DNA of 64,000 nt from Bdellovibrionia bacterium (GTDB lineage Bacteria > Bdellovibrionota > Bdellovibrionia > Bdellovibrionales > JAGQZY01): NCBI GenBank assembly GCA_030424715.1, contig JAUHWH010000003.1, positions 260,148 to 324,147 of the forward strand, read 5' to 3'. The notes under the pieces were generated by a model, which ran no database searches, was not told the origin of the DNA, and saw nothing but the letters and a program-made list of their open reading frames with translations. Every line of letters begins with the position of its first letter. Within the stretch, counting starts at the first letter, position 1. Shown piece by piece: positions 48,479-57,637 of this stretch. Made by a program: the position numbers and the translations under genes.

Positions 48479-49584
48479 GAAAAAAGATTTTGCACGTTTG
48501 CCTGTCCGAGAGTTGGGGTGGGCTCGAAATGGCGGTCAGCAAATGGAATGAAATTCTGCAGGAAAACGGTCACTACAACATGAACATTTGCACCCCCGGC
48601 TCACCACTCGCTCGTGACCTAAAACGCAAAGCCTTTTCCGTTTTTGAGTGGGACAGTGCCCATTACTTCGCCCCCGACTTCACGCTAAAGCTAAGACGCT
48701 TAGTTATCGACAAGCAATTTGACGTGGTGATACTACAAAACCTGCGAGACTTATGGATTGTCTCTCCTGCACTTTGTAAAATTAAAAATGTGAAACTGGT
48801 GGGCTTTGCCCAGATGCTCCTCGGGATTAAAAAGACCGACTGGCTGCATCGCTTGGTCTACACTCGTCTCGATCACCTTCTCACTCTGACCGATTGGCAG
48901 ATCCAAGCCTTGATGCCCTACCTCCCCGTACCGGCTTATAAATACGACACCATCCCAAACTTTGTAGACACCGAAAAGTTCCACCCCCAGTGGCGCGACA
49001 AAGACTTTAGATATCAACTGGGCTTCAAAGATGAGGACTTCGTCATTGGCGTCGTCGGTCGGATCGACAAACAGAAGGGCCAAATGGAGCTCTTGAAAGC
49101 CTTCGCCAAACTGTCTAAGACTTTCACCGGAACACACTTGATGATCGTGGGCGAACCCACCCGAGGCGAAGTCAAGCAAGAGAAATACTTTGAGCAACTC
49201 AAACATTGGGTGAACCAAACGAAACTTGACAGCCGGGTCCATTTTTTGGGTTTTCAAGACGAACCCTATCGTCTGTTTGCTAACTTCGACCTTTTTGTGC
49301 TGCCCTCTCACGAAGAGACCTTCGGATTCGTGGTCGTCGAAGCCATGGCCAGTGGCACGCCGGTGCTCGGCACGAGAGCAGGCGGAGTTCCGGAGATCCT
49401 CTGCCAGGGTGAAGTCGGCTTTCTCTGCCAAGCCCAAAGCAGTCAGGCTTTAGGCAAGGCCCTCCAAGAGATTCTAGAAAACGAGACCCTTCGGGTTGAA
49501 AAAACAGAAAAAGCTCTGCTGCGGGCCCGTGAATTCTACGACCGGCATAAAGTCTACGAAAGATTTATCAATCTCATCTCATGA
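48475..49584 (+). CDS. glycosyltransferase family 4 (GT-B fold)
   Basis: The C-terminal EETFGFVVVEAMASGTPV motif (E-x7-E region) and an N-terminal GG.E motif (SWGGLEM). Confidence 0.85.
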   Translation: MRKKILHVCLSESWGGLEMAVSKWNEILQENGHYNMNICTPGSPLARDLKRKAFSVFEWDSAHYFAPDFTLKLRRLVIDKQFDVVILQNLRDLWIVSPALCKIKNVKLVGFAQMLLGIKKTDWLHRLVYTRLDHLLTLTDWQIQALMPYLPVPAYKYDTIPNFVDTEKFHPQWRDKDFRYQLGFKDEDFVIGVVGRIDKQKGQMELLKAFAKLSKTFTGTHLMIVGEPTRGEVKQEKYFEQLKHWVNQTKLDSRVHFLGFQDEPYRLFANFDLFVLPSHEETFGFVVVEAMASGTPVLGTRAGGVPEILCQGEVGFLCQAQSSQALGKALQEILENETLRVEKTEKALLRAREFYDRHKVYERFINLIS

Positions 49585-50535
49585 AAGGCTCAGGTGACTG
49601 GCCCCTAAAGTGCTGTGCACGGGTGCCATAGGGATCGTGCTAACAATTGATGACAGGGTGCGAACAAATGTCGATGAGAAATAAGCCAAGTTCAGCAAAT
49701 GACCTTGATCACCCAAAGGCACCACCGGCTGCTCCAACTTTTGGTAGCGCGAAAAACAGACCACACCATCATTGGGCCCCCAAGCGCGCAGGCGCTCTCG
49801 CTCACGATACTCTCTGCGAGAGAGGGACTCACTATTCTTCATGCCCAAAAAGTGAACCACTTTTAGATGGTGGGTCTGCAAGGGTCGCAAAAAGTAGCGC
49901 TGCTCACTAGAAAAAGTTCTTTGCGCGGCCGAGGTACGACTTAAGAGACCCCGTTTGTCTGAGCAATCAAAAAGAGGACTTCCGAAAATCAGACCTGAAA
50001 GATTCACCCAGCCCTTCACATGACTGATTTCATCGGCCTGACATTGATCGAGCATGGCTCTGACAAAGGCAGAACCGTAGGAGTAAGAGACGATAATGAG
50101 CTTGCGGTTGGCTGACTTTTTCTCTGCCACCAGCTTTAGTAAACGGTGAGCGCCGTGTAACACACGATCTGAATTTAACTGGGCGTGACTGACGTGAGCA
50201 AAACCAGCGCTCATGGACAAACCTAAGCTTTGCTTGCGAAAGTTCTCCAGCGCGCGCTTATTTAAGGTTCCTCGAGGAGGCAGAACAATCAGAACATCAA
50301 ACTGTTGATTGAGAGGATTGCTTTCACGCTGATGCAGGTCCAACTCGCGACGCAGTCTCTTATAGGTGTTTTGATTGGTGAAAAACATTTGAGCATATGT
50401 GATCGAGGCCATCAAACCGATACGGCCTTTCACCCTTTGAAAGTCTTGAGCGGGATCCACTTGATAGGACTTTAAAGCCCGAAAATAATCTTCGGCCTCG
50501 TTTAAACTTGTGCTACCCAGCATCTCTCGGATCAT
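49579..50535 (-). CDS. hypothetical protein, possibly alpha/beta-hydrolase-like
   Basis: A nucleophile-elbow-like LIIVSYSYGSAF. The 3' end overlaps the convergent GT4 gene by 6 nt. The family call is weak. Confidence 0.55.
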   Translation of the reverse strand: MIREMLGSTSLNEAEDYFRALKSYQVDPAQDFQRVKGRIGLMASITYAQMFFTNQNTYKRLRRELDLHQRESNPLNQQFDVLIVLPPRGTLNKRALENFRKQSLGLSMSAGFAHVSHAQLNSDRVLHGAHRLLKLVAEKKSANRKLIIVSYSYGSAFVRAMLDQCQADEISHVKGWVNLSGLIFGSPLFDCSDKRGLLSRTSAAQRTFSSEQRYFLRPLQTHHLKVVHFLGMKNSESLSRREYRERERLRAWGPNDGVVCFSRYQKLEQPVVPLGDQGHLLNLAYFSSTFVRTLSSIVSTIPMAPVHSTLGASHLSLS

Positions 50536-50627
50536 GAAGTTCCCCCAAGAACAGTGTTCTGAGGGCTATCATAACTTCCGGATTAGGCAATCACCTAAGT
50601 CGTCGCCACCGATTCTGGACCTAAGTC

Positions 50628-51197
50628 CTAGGAGTCTTTGCTCTTTTTTTGCTTGTTACGCTCAAAAATTTGCGCCTTTAACTGAGTCTCGCAGATATCA
50701 ACTTTATCACGATACTCATCTTCTCTTTTCTGCAGAATCCTTTTGTATTTGCGAAAGCGAGCGATGCGGTCTTTTAAATACTCTTGAGAAACTCCAATAA
50801 GGTTTTTTCGATCGTAACCAATGTCATAGGATTCTTCTTTGTCCGTGACACGATCCATTGGCTCGGTCCACATGAGTTTGCCGGTTCCGCCGTTTTTAGG
50901 GTGAACCACCTCGGCCCGACATTTCTTGAGAACACCGTACAGGCCAAGCGAACCGTACTTGCGATTACCATACACTCGGTCTTCGAGGCTGTAGACATTG
51001 ATGTGAAGACGTCGCAACTCTTCTGCCATATCGACCTTCTTTTGATAAACCATATCGCCGTCTTTGACGCCAATACTCTCTTCATCATTTAAGGACTTTT
51101 GTTTTTCTAGTGAGGGGTCAATCTCTTTAGCTTTGTGGGGATTCGAAGCACAAAAGCACATCAAGAAAGGTAATATGAAAAGGATAATAATACGCAT
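50628..51197 (-). CDS. lipoprotein, unknown function
   Basis: N-terminus MRIIILFILPFLMCFCAS followed by a charged helical C-terminus. Confidence 0.65.
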   Translation of the reverse strand: MRIIILFILPFLMCFCASNPHKAKEIDPSLEKQKSLNDEESIGVKDGDMVYQKKVDMAEELRRLHINVYSLEDRVYGNRKYGSLGLYGVLKKCRAEVVHPKNGGTGKLMWTEPMDRVTDKEESYDIGYDRKNLIGVSQEYLKDRIARFRKYKRILQKREDEYRDKVDICETQLKAQIFERNKQKKSKDS

Positions 51198-51426
51198 TCT
51201 CCACTCCTTCGTTGTTTTATCACGTAATCACGATTCTCAGTTTGAGACAACAGGGTATTTTGTGGGCCCGAGTCAACGGGCGAGTCTCAATACTGGACGG
51301 TTTCGCCACCGGATAAAATGGTCAGATGTTCAACAAAAAGGCGGTATTATCAAAATGATACGCCTGTATTGCCGTACAGTTGGCCGGCCCCTTGCATTTA
51401 TAAAGGAGTATAAAGAGGAGGGAGCG

Positions 51427-51762
51427 ATGGCTTCTGTAAAAGTTTTAGCAATTTTTGGTGTTATCTTTCTAATGAGTTCGGTGAGTCACGGCAGAAACTC
51501 TGAAGAGTCTTTTTTGATGCTAAGAGAGGCGATGATGGACTCCAACGCTGACTACAACAAACACAAGAAACAAATGAACAACGAAGAGACTTCTCGAGCG
51601 GACAGCTGGAACGAACGTGGTCAGACAGTGATCCATATCGGCGCCGGCGAAACCGCCGCAGCCAACAGTTTTCAGGCTTACAACGAGGAAATCTCTGACG
51701 AACAGGGTGCTTTCCGCAACGACCGTGACGTGTCTTCAAACCGAGAGAACGAAGAGAATTGA
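51427..51762 (+). CDS. small acidic secreted protein
   Basis: ATG at 51427 with GAGGAGGGAG upstream and signal peptide MASVKVLAIFGVIFLMSSVSHG. The remainder is low-complexity and acidic. The long listed ORF from 51064 is unlikely to be translated. Confidence 0.6.
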   Translation: MASVKVLAIFGVIFLMSSVSHGRNSEESFLMLREAMMDSNADYNKHKKQMNNEETSRADSWNERGQTVIHIGAGETAAANSFQAYNEEISDEQGAFRNDRDVSSNRENEEN

Positions 51763-51813
51763 TTCTTAGACTGACCGAAAACACACAGCCCTTCTCACCT
51801 TGAGACAGGGCTT

Positions 51814-52590
51814 GTGACCAAGTCCGGTTTGCTTGAAAATAGGAGAATGAGATACTTAAATAGATCCATTCTCCTTTTTTTTGTCGCCCTGCTTACCGCA
51901 TCTAACGCTTCGGCCTACGACTTCAATGCGGGAATTCGAAAAAAACAAGAAGCCAAACAAGCCAAACGCTGGAGCCTCAGCGAGTGGCTTGCTCAGAAAA
52001 GTCGCAACCAACTTATGGACACCTGGTTGAGCTACAACGAACCGAGCCCCTACGAGTTCTTTTTGAGCGTCGACACCTCAAACGTCGAGCAAGAAAATAC
52101 CGTCAATAGCAACGTCACCACCCAAACGTTTCGTAACTACCGGGGCAGCATCGGCGCTTTTGTCACCATGGTCGGTCTCTATGGGGAGTACGAAAGCTCA
52201 GATGAAGAACTCGAGCAATGGAAAGCCTTGTTCATGTTTCGAATATTGGGGAGTTCTGACCAGTCCACCAACCTCACCCTGCACTACGGTCTGATGAATC
52301 AAGACTTCAATAATGATGTGACTCAGTTTCAAGTGGCTGGCGCCCGTATGAATTTTTACCTCATTAAAGCATTTGCCCTCACAGGACAGTATGACCATAT
52401 CTTTGAGGCCGAATCTGAGCAGGGCGTGCTGCAAGAAGGCCATCGCTACGAAGCCGGAGCCTTTATTGAATATGGAGCGCTGAGAATCTATGGCTCTTAC
52501 TATGCCGAAAATATTGAAATCCTATCAGTCCTTGCCCCCACCACGCGCACCCGACAGGGCGTTCTTTTTGGTGGCCGGTTGTACTTCTAG
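51814..52590 (+). CDS. outer-membrane beta-barrel-like protein
   Basis: Signal peptide MRYLNRSILLFFVALLTASNASA, so the ATG at 51847 may be the true start. It has amphipathic strands and a C-terminal FGGRLYF. Confidence 0.65.
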   Translation: MTKSGLLENRRMRYLNRSILLFFVALLTASNASAYDFNAGIRKKQEAKQAKRWSLSEWLAQKSRNQLMDTWLSYNEPSPYEFFLSVDTSNVEQENTVNSNVTTQTFRNYRGSIGAFVTMVGLYGEYESSDEELEQWKALFMFRILGSSDQSTNLTLHYGLMNQDFNNDVTQFQVAGARMNFYLIKAFALTGQYDHIFEAESEQGVLQEGHRYEAGAFIEYGALRIYGSYYAENIEILSVLAPTTRTRQGVLFGGRLYF

Positions 52591-52703
52591 CTGGGGCTAC
52601 GGAGCAACGACACTCTTCTAATCCTGCCCAGCAATAAAAAGGCGATGGACAGTTTCTATGGGCTCATGTCACAATAAGCTCAATCGAAACAAGGAGGGCC
52701 GCT

Positions 52704-54353
52704 ATGGCCGTTTGGCATGACAACTACCCTAAGGGAATCACTCCAACCATTGATGTAGAAAACTATTCTTCTATCGTCGAACTGATTGCTCAGAACGTCA
52801 AAAAATATCAAGACAAACCGGCGTTTAGTAACATGGGTATCACCCTGAGCTACAACGAGGTGGATCGTCTGTCGAACGACTTTGCCAATTACCTCACCCA
52901 TAAGTGTGGCCTGAAAAAAGGCGATCGCATCGCGATTCAAATGCCCAACGTTCTGCAGTTTCCTGTGGCTCTCTTTGGAGCGATTAAAGCCGGCTTGATC
53001 GTAGTTAATACCAACCCGTTGTATACCGAACGAGAGATGAAACACCAGTTTAAAGACTCTGGGGCCAAAGCGATCGTGATACTAGCCAATTTCGCCTGCC
53101 ATTTAGAACAGATTCTTCAGGAAACGGAAATCGAGCATGTGATTGTCACCGAGATTGGCGACTTGTTCCCAAGCTTCAAAAGACTTCTTGTTAACAATGT
53201 GGTGAAGTATATCAAAAAAATGGTACCTTCTTACAGCTTACCAAAGGCAAAGAGTTTTTTAACATGCATCGAAGAAGGTAAGGCTTTTGACTTTAAGGCT
53301 GCCGCGAGTCAGCGCGAGGACATCGCTTTTTTACAGTACACCGGAGGCACCACCGGTGTCGCAAAGGGTGCGATGCTGACACACGGAAATATCATTGCCA
53401 ACATGAATCAAATTTTCGCCTGGATGTCCCCCAAGTTTGTGGAGGGTGAAGAGATTATTATCACTCCGCTCCCCCTCTATCATATATTCTCACTCACCGT
53501 GAACTGCTTAGCGCTGATGTGCTACGGGGGGCACAATATTTTGATCACGAACCCAAGAGATATTCCTGACTTTATCAAAACATTAAACAACTACCCGTTT
53601 ACAGTATTGACTGGCGTGAACACACTGTTCAACGCGCTTCTTGCTAACAAAGACTTCGCCAAAGTTGATTTCTCACACACCAAGCTCAGTGTCGCTGGAG
53701 CCATGGCCCTACAAGATAAAGTCGCTAAAAAATGGTTTGAAGTCACCGGCACAAAGGTTATCGAAGGCTACGGATTGACCGAAGCAAGCCCCGTTGTGAC
53801 CTGCAACCCTGTTGACGATAGCGAACGGCGTGGAACCATCGGAATGCCTTTACCTAACACAGATGTTAAATTGCTCGATGAAGACGGAAATGAGGTCGCC
53901 CCAGGAGAGCCCGGCGAGCTTTGCTGTCAGGGGCCTCAGATCATGAAGGGCTATTGGGAACGCCCCAAAGAAACAGATGAAACCATACGCAATGGCTGGT
54001 TGCACACAGGAGATGTGGCCGTCATGGAGCCCGATGGCTATTTTAAGATCGTTGACCGAATGAAAGACATGATTTTGGTTTCTGGATTCAATGTTTACCC
54101 CAATGAAATTGAAGATGTCATGGCCAGTCACCCTGCCGTTCATGAAGTGGCCGCCGTCGGCGTGCCCGACGAAAAATCTGGAGAGCTTGTAAAAATTTTC
54201 GTGGTGAAAAGTGGTGAGACGACAGTGGAAGAACTACGCGAGCACGCCAAGAAAAGTCTAACGGCTTACAAAGTGCCACGTTTTGTAGAGTTTCGAGACG
54301 AACTACCAAAAACCAATGTTGGTAAGATTCTAAGAAGAAAACTGAGAGAATAA
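52704..54353 (+). CDS. fadD: long-chain-fatty-acid--CoA ligase
   Basis: AMP-binding motif YTGGTTGVAKGAMLTHGN, plus GYGLTE and a C-terminal lysine region PKTNVGKILRR. AAGGAGGG RBS. Confidence 0.9.
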   Translation: MAVWHDNYPKGITPTIDVENYSSIVELIAQNVKKYQDKPAFSNMGITLSYNEVDRLSNDFANYLTHKCGLKKGDRIAIQMPNVLQFPVALFGAIKAGLIVVNTNPLYTEREMKHQFKDSGAKAIVILANFACHLEQILQETEIEHVIVTEIGDLFPSFKRLLVNNVVKYIKKMVPSYSLPKAKSFLTCIEEGKAFDFKAAASQREDIAFLQYTGGTTGVAKGAMLTHGNIIANMNQIFAWMSPKFVEGEEIIITPLPLYHIFSLTVNCLALMCYGGHNILITNPRDIPDFIKTLNNYPFTVLTGVNTLFNALLANKDFAKVDFSHTKLSVAGAMALQDKVAKKWFEVTGTKVIEGYGLTEASPVVTCNPVDDSERRGTIGMPLPNTDVKLLDEDGNEVAPGEPGELCCQGPQIMKGYWERPKETDETIRNGWLHTGDVAVMEPDGYFKIVDRMKDMILVSGFNVYPNEIEDVMASHPAVHEVAAVGVPDEKSGELVKIFVVKSGETTVEELREHAKKSLTAYKVPRFVEFRDELPKTNVGKILRRKLRE

Positions 54354-54455
54354 AGAGTTCTAGAAAGAATGCCCTGAGGGCTTGAGAGGCAACCGCTCTT
54401 TTTGAGTGGGCGGGACCAAGGAGTTAAAATTCTCCCTGGCTTTAGGTGATGCCAT

Positions 54456-54953
54456 TTAAGCCGCTTGCTCGCTGGCTTTCTCTAATAGAAAACGAAAGTA
54501 CTTTAGTTCATTCACATCAAGCTCTGGGTCACAACCGGAATCGCAAATCGTGGATTTATCGAAATTGAGTTTGACTTGTCCGGCCTCGATAGAGATTTCT
54601 TTACCCACTTCAAACAAGACATCTTTTTCTTTGTCACAGTCTTCGCAGAAAAAAGGAACTTCGAGAGAAAGGACCTCAGAGCGAACGGGTAAAAAACCCT
54701 CGACCATATTCATCTGCATAACCAAAGCCTTTGGACAATTTAAAAAACTGAACTGAGTCTGGGGGTATCCTCCAAACCACATGATCCAAGCGCGAATCCC
54801 TACGGAGTTGATTGCCTTTACGTCTTTAAGATCCACCAAGACATGGCTGGGCATGTCGTCCATCTTAGGAAATTCAGCCTCTTCATCAATTTGGCCGCTA
54901 AACTGAAAACACTTTTTACCGTTTAAATCTGATACTTTTATTTCAAACGCCAT
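54456..54953 (-). CDS. STAS-domain (anti-sigma-factor-antagonist-like) protein with a Cys-rich C-terminal extension
   Basis: VDLKDVKAINSVGIRAWI matches the STAS phospho-serine loop. Extra C-terminal ~65 aa carry CEDC and CDSGC. AAGGAG RBS. Confidence 0.75.
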   Translation of the reverse strand: MAFEIKVSDLNGKKCFQFSGQIDEEAEFPKMDDMPSHVLVDLKDVKAINSVGIRAWIMWFGGYPQTQFSFLNCPKALVMQMNMVEGFLPVRSEVLSLEVPFFCEDCDKEKDVLFEVGKEISIEAGQVKLNFDKSTICDSGCDPELDVNELKYFRFLLEKASEQAA

Positions 54954-54954
54954 A

Positions 54955-55698
54955 TTAAGACTCCTTGGCCTCTATTATAATTAAACTTTTATTCATTTCA
55001 ATACGATCCTCGTGGTGAGCCGTTCTTGGTAACCAAACCAGGACCAAAGAACCCTTACCGGGGTCAACAGTGATCGCGAGCCCCACTCCTAAAGTGTAGA
55101 TAAGGTAGCTTCCGATACCCGCCCCTTTACCTTCTTCTTGCTTGATCGCATTTTTCACACCCTTGTCGAAACATCGCTGCATGTTCGCAAGCATGTCTTT
55201 AGGGTTCAAAGTTCCAAAGTGATCGCGGCAAAACACAACAACGGTATCGTCATTGGCGTCGATCCCAAACTTCATTGACTTTGCGGGGTCGTTGGCGGAC
55301 TTCGCAAAGTTGGTGAAGAGCTCATCGGCAATGAGAAAAATGTCGTCTCGCACACGGCGAAATTTATTATTGCCAAGAAACTGCCTGACTTGCGCAAGAA
55401 AATCGGACTTATTAGAATTCCCGAAAAAAGTTTGATGGAATCGCATGCTGATATCTTCAGTGACTTCAATGAGAGATTCACCTGGGTTTTCTAAAAACTT
55501 ATTCACGTCGTCTTTTATCTTCACGACTCTAAATTCATCAAAACCATTGGTTACCACCTGCACCGGTGCATTTTCAACCGCTAGATTCACCGCTTCGCCC
55601 GGACGAATATCAGAACCGACAATAATTTTGTCCTCCAAGGAATCCGCACCCTTAACGTAGTCTTTCAAATAGATAACTCGTTTGTCTTTTTTGCTCAT
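54955..55698 (-). CDS. RsbW/SpoIIAB-like serine kinase (GHKL ATPase) with an N-terminal extension (tentative)
   Basis: N-box-like ADELFTNFAKSA, G1-like CRDHFGTL and G2-like GKGAGIGSYLIY. Located between the PP2C and STAS genes, with start/stop coupling. Confidence 0.65.
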   Translation of the reverse strand: MSKKDKRVIYLKDYVKGADSLEDKIIVGSDIRPGEAVNLAVENAPVQVVTNGFDEFRVVKIKDDVNKFLENPGESLIEVTEDISMRFHQTFFGNSNKSDFLAQVRQFLGNNKFRRVRDDIFLIADELFTNFAKSANDPAKSMKFGIDANDDTVVVFCRDHFGTLNPKDMLANMQRCFDKGVKNAIKQEEGKGAGIGSYLIYTLGVGLAITVDPGKGSLVLVWLPRTAHHEDRIEMNKSLIIIEAKES

Positions 55699-57515
55699 CA
55701 GGCCGCCGATTTTTCCTTATCAAATTCAACCACGATCAAGGTCACGTCATCATCGAGAGGTGTTTCTTGTCTAAAATCATTTAACTCCTGAAATACACTG
55801 GTGACTGTCGCATCCACATGTTGTGAGTTAATAGCCGACAAGGACTTCAAAAACCTTCTTTCTCCCCAGAGTTCACCCTCAGGACTCTTCACATCGACAA
55901 TACCATCGGTGTAAAAAACTATTTTATCACCTTGGGCAATGTCCATTTCAAAATCACCATATTCAGAATCTGGATTTTCACCCAGTCTTGGGTTATTGAT
56001 CTCCATTAAGGGAAAGTAGTCACGCCGCTTCGGCTTACCCTCGACCTCATGACTCAAGAAAAAGGGTGGGTCATGAGAAGCGTTCGAATAGGTCATAGTG
56101 TTTTTATCAAGATCAATGCAGGCGATAAAAAATGTCATCATCATCTCACCCTTCGAGGTCGAGTAGATGGCTTTGTTAAGAATACTCAACGCCCTGCCCG
56201 GAGTGACATCATCAATGCCTTCAATAACAGAAGCCACAGCTCGAGCCGCGCTGGTTAACAATGCGGCTGGAACACCATGCCCCGTGGCATCGCCGATCCA
56301 AAGATACACCTTATTACCGACTTGGCTGTAGTGCCACCAGTCACCGCCACACTCTGAGGCTGGAACAGAGTCACCATATATAATGATGGGACCAATATGA
56401 GCATCACTTTTGGGAAAGAGGGTGTCTTGCACCGTCTGCGCCGTCTGCAGTTCGGCTTCCATCCGCGCATTCTGAGCGGTCTTTTCCATGAGACGAGATA
56501 CTTCTTCTGTCATCTTGTTGAAGCTGCGAGCCAAAGTGCCGATTTCATCATTGTTTTTTTGCTCGACACGGACAGAAAAGTCCCCATCCATAACCTTACT
56601 TGTTGCATCCGCTAGACCACGCAGAGCCTTTGTTAGCGTATTGGCCGCAAAAACTCCGATGATAAGTAAGAAACAAAGGATAAGAGACGTAAAAATAATT
56701 GAACGTCTCATCAAAGTTCGCACCGCACTCAGAGCTTGCTCTTTGTCGACCAGGGAAACCACATAGAGGCTCCCCTTACCCACTTTCGAGTAGGATGTTA
56801 AATAAGTCAGGTCATCAAATTCAGCCTCTTTGGTTCCTTCATGAAATTCATTATTAAACACATTCGTATTGAGATATGTCGGCAATTTTTTGTGATCCAG
56901 GTCGCCCACGACCAAACCGCGCATGGCATGAAAAAGATAAGACTTCGCACCCGAGCTCTCACCAAACAAAGAAAAGAAGTTGGTGTTCTCAACGAGCAAG
57001 ACAGACATATTGGTCTGACCGTTGGACTCCGCTTTGGCAATCAAATAAAAATGCATGGGATGTTCTTTAGATACTCCAATGGTGAAGCCCTTGTACCAGG
57101 CCTCCTGCATCAGAGTTTGAAGGCGTTTGGTCTCTGCCTCACCAAAAGTGAGATCTTTGCTGATTTTGAAACCCTCGGTGAAAGCCTCGCCATTCCACTG
57201 ATAATTCATAAAAGCCTTTAAATCTGCTTCTGCTGAAAAATAGGATCGACCATTATTAGAAATCGACTGCGCGTTGGGATCAAAGTTTGAGTTGATCGCC
57301 TTGAGAGACTGAATATAGCCATTGATTTGCGAGTCCACTGTCGAGGCTTTCGCTCGAGTTGACGACAAAGCCGTGTCGTACACATAGGCCAATTTATCGT
57401 CTTTAAACAGGTTGGTTGCCATGACCACGATAAGCGCGATCGACACGATTGGTAGTGTCGACAGCACAATCAGAATCTTATTCTTAATCGAAAGTGACTT
57501 TTTTTCAGTTTCCAT
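55698..57515 (-). CDS. membrane sensor PP2C phosphatase (periplasmic sensor domain - HAMP - SpoIIE/RsbU-type)
   Basis: Two TM segments flank a ~250-aa extracytoplasmic domain. HAMP is indicated by LADATSKVMDGDFSVRVEQKNNDEIGTLARSFNKMTEEV, and SpoIIE motifs by ECGGDWWHY and GDATGHGVPAALL. Confidence 0.85.
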   Translation of the reverse strand: METEKKSLSIKNKILIVLSTLPIVSIALIVVMATNLFKDDKLAYVYDTALSSTRAKASTVDSQINGYIQSLKAINSNFDPNAQSISNNGRSYFSAEADLKAFMNYQWNGEAFTEGFKISKDLTFGEAETKRLQTLMQEAWYKGFTIGVSKEHPMHFYLIAKAESNGQTNMSVLLVENTNFFSLFGESSGAKSYLFHAMRGLVVGDLDHKKLPTYLNTNVFNNEFHEGTKEAEFDDLTYLTSYSKVGKGSLYVVSLVDKEQALSAVRTLMRRSIIFTSLILCFLLIIGVFAANTLTKALRGLADATSKVMDGDFSVRVEQKNNDEIGTLARSFNKMTEEVSRLMEKTAQNARMEAELQTAQTVQDTLFPKSDAHIGPIIIYGDSVPASECGGDWWHYSQVGNKVYLWIGDATGHGVPAALLTSAARAVASVIEGIDDVTPGRALSILNKAIYSTSKGEMMMTFFIACIDLDKNTMTYSNASHDPPFFLSHEVEGKPKRRDYFPLMEINNPRLGENPDSEYGDFEMDIAQGDKIVFYTDGIVDVKSPEGELWGERRFLKSLSAINSQHVDATVTSVFQELNDFRQETPLDDDVTLIVVEFDKEKSAA

Positions 57516-57637
57516 AAGCCTTTTTTCGGCACCTTTTTTGAAAAACTGTTTTCATAAACCACTTTTTTTAAAGAATTAGACCTTGGTCCGGGGATTATTT
57601 TTAAGAGACCGCCGATTTATCTGGTGAGGAGATTCAC

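Noticed and set aside
51064-51426. 5' extension of the 51064-51762 ORF
   Set aside because: It overlaps the start of the convergent-strand lipoprotein gene and lacks an RBS. The internal ATG at 51427 has a strong SD and yields a signal peptide.
52680-53045. 121-aa minus-strand ORF, plus similar ORFs at 53850-54309
   Set aside because: They are antisense within fadD.
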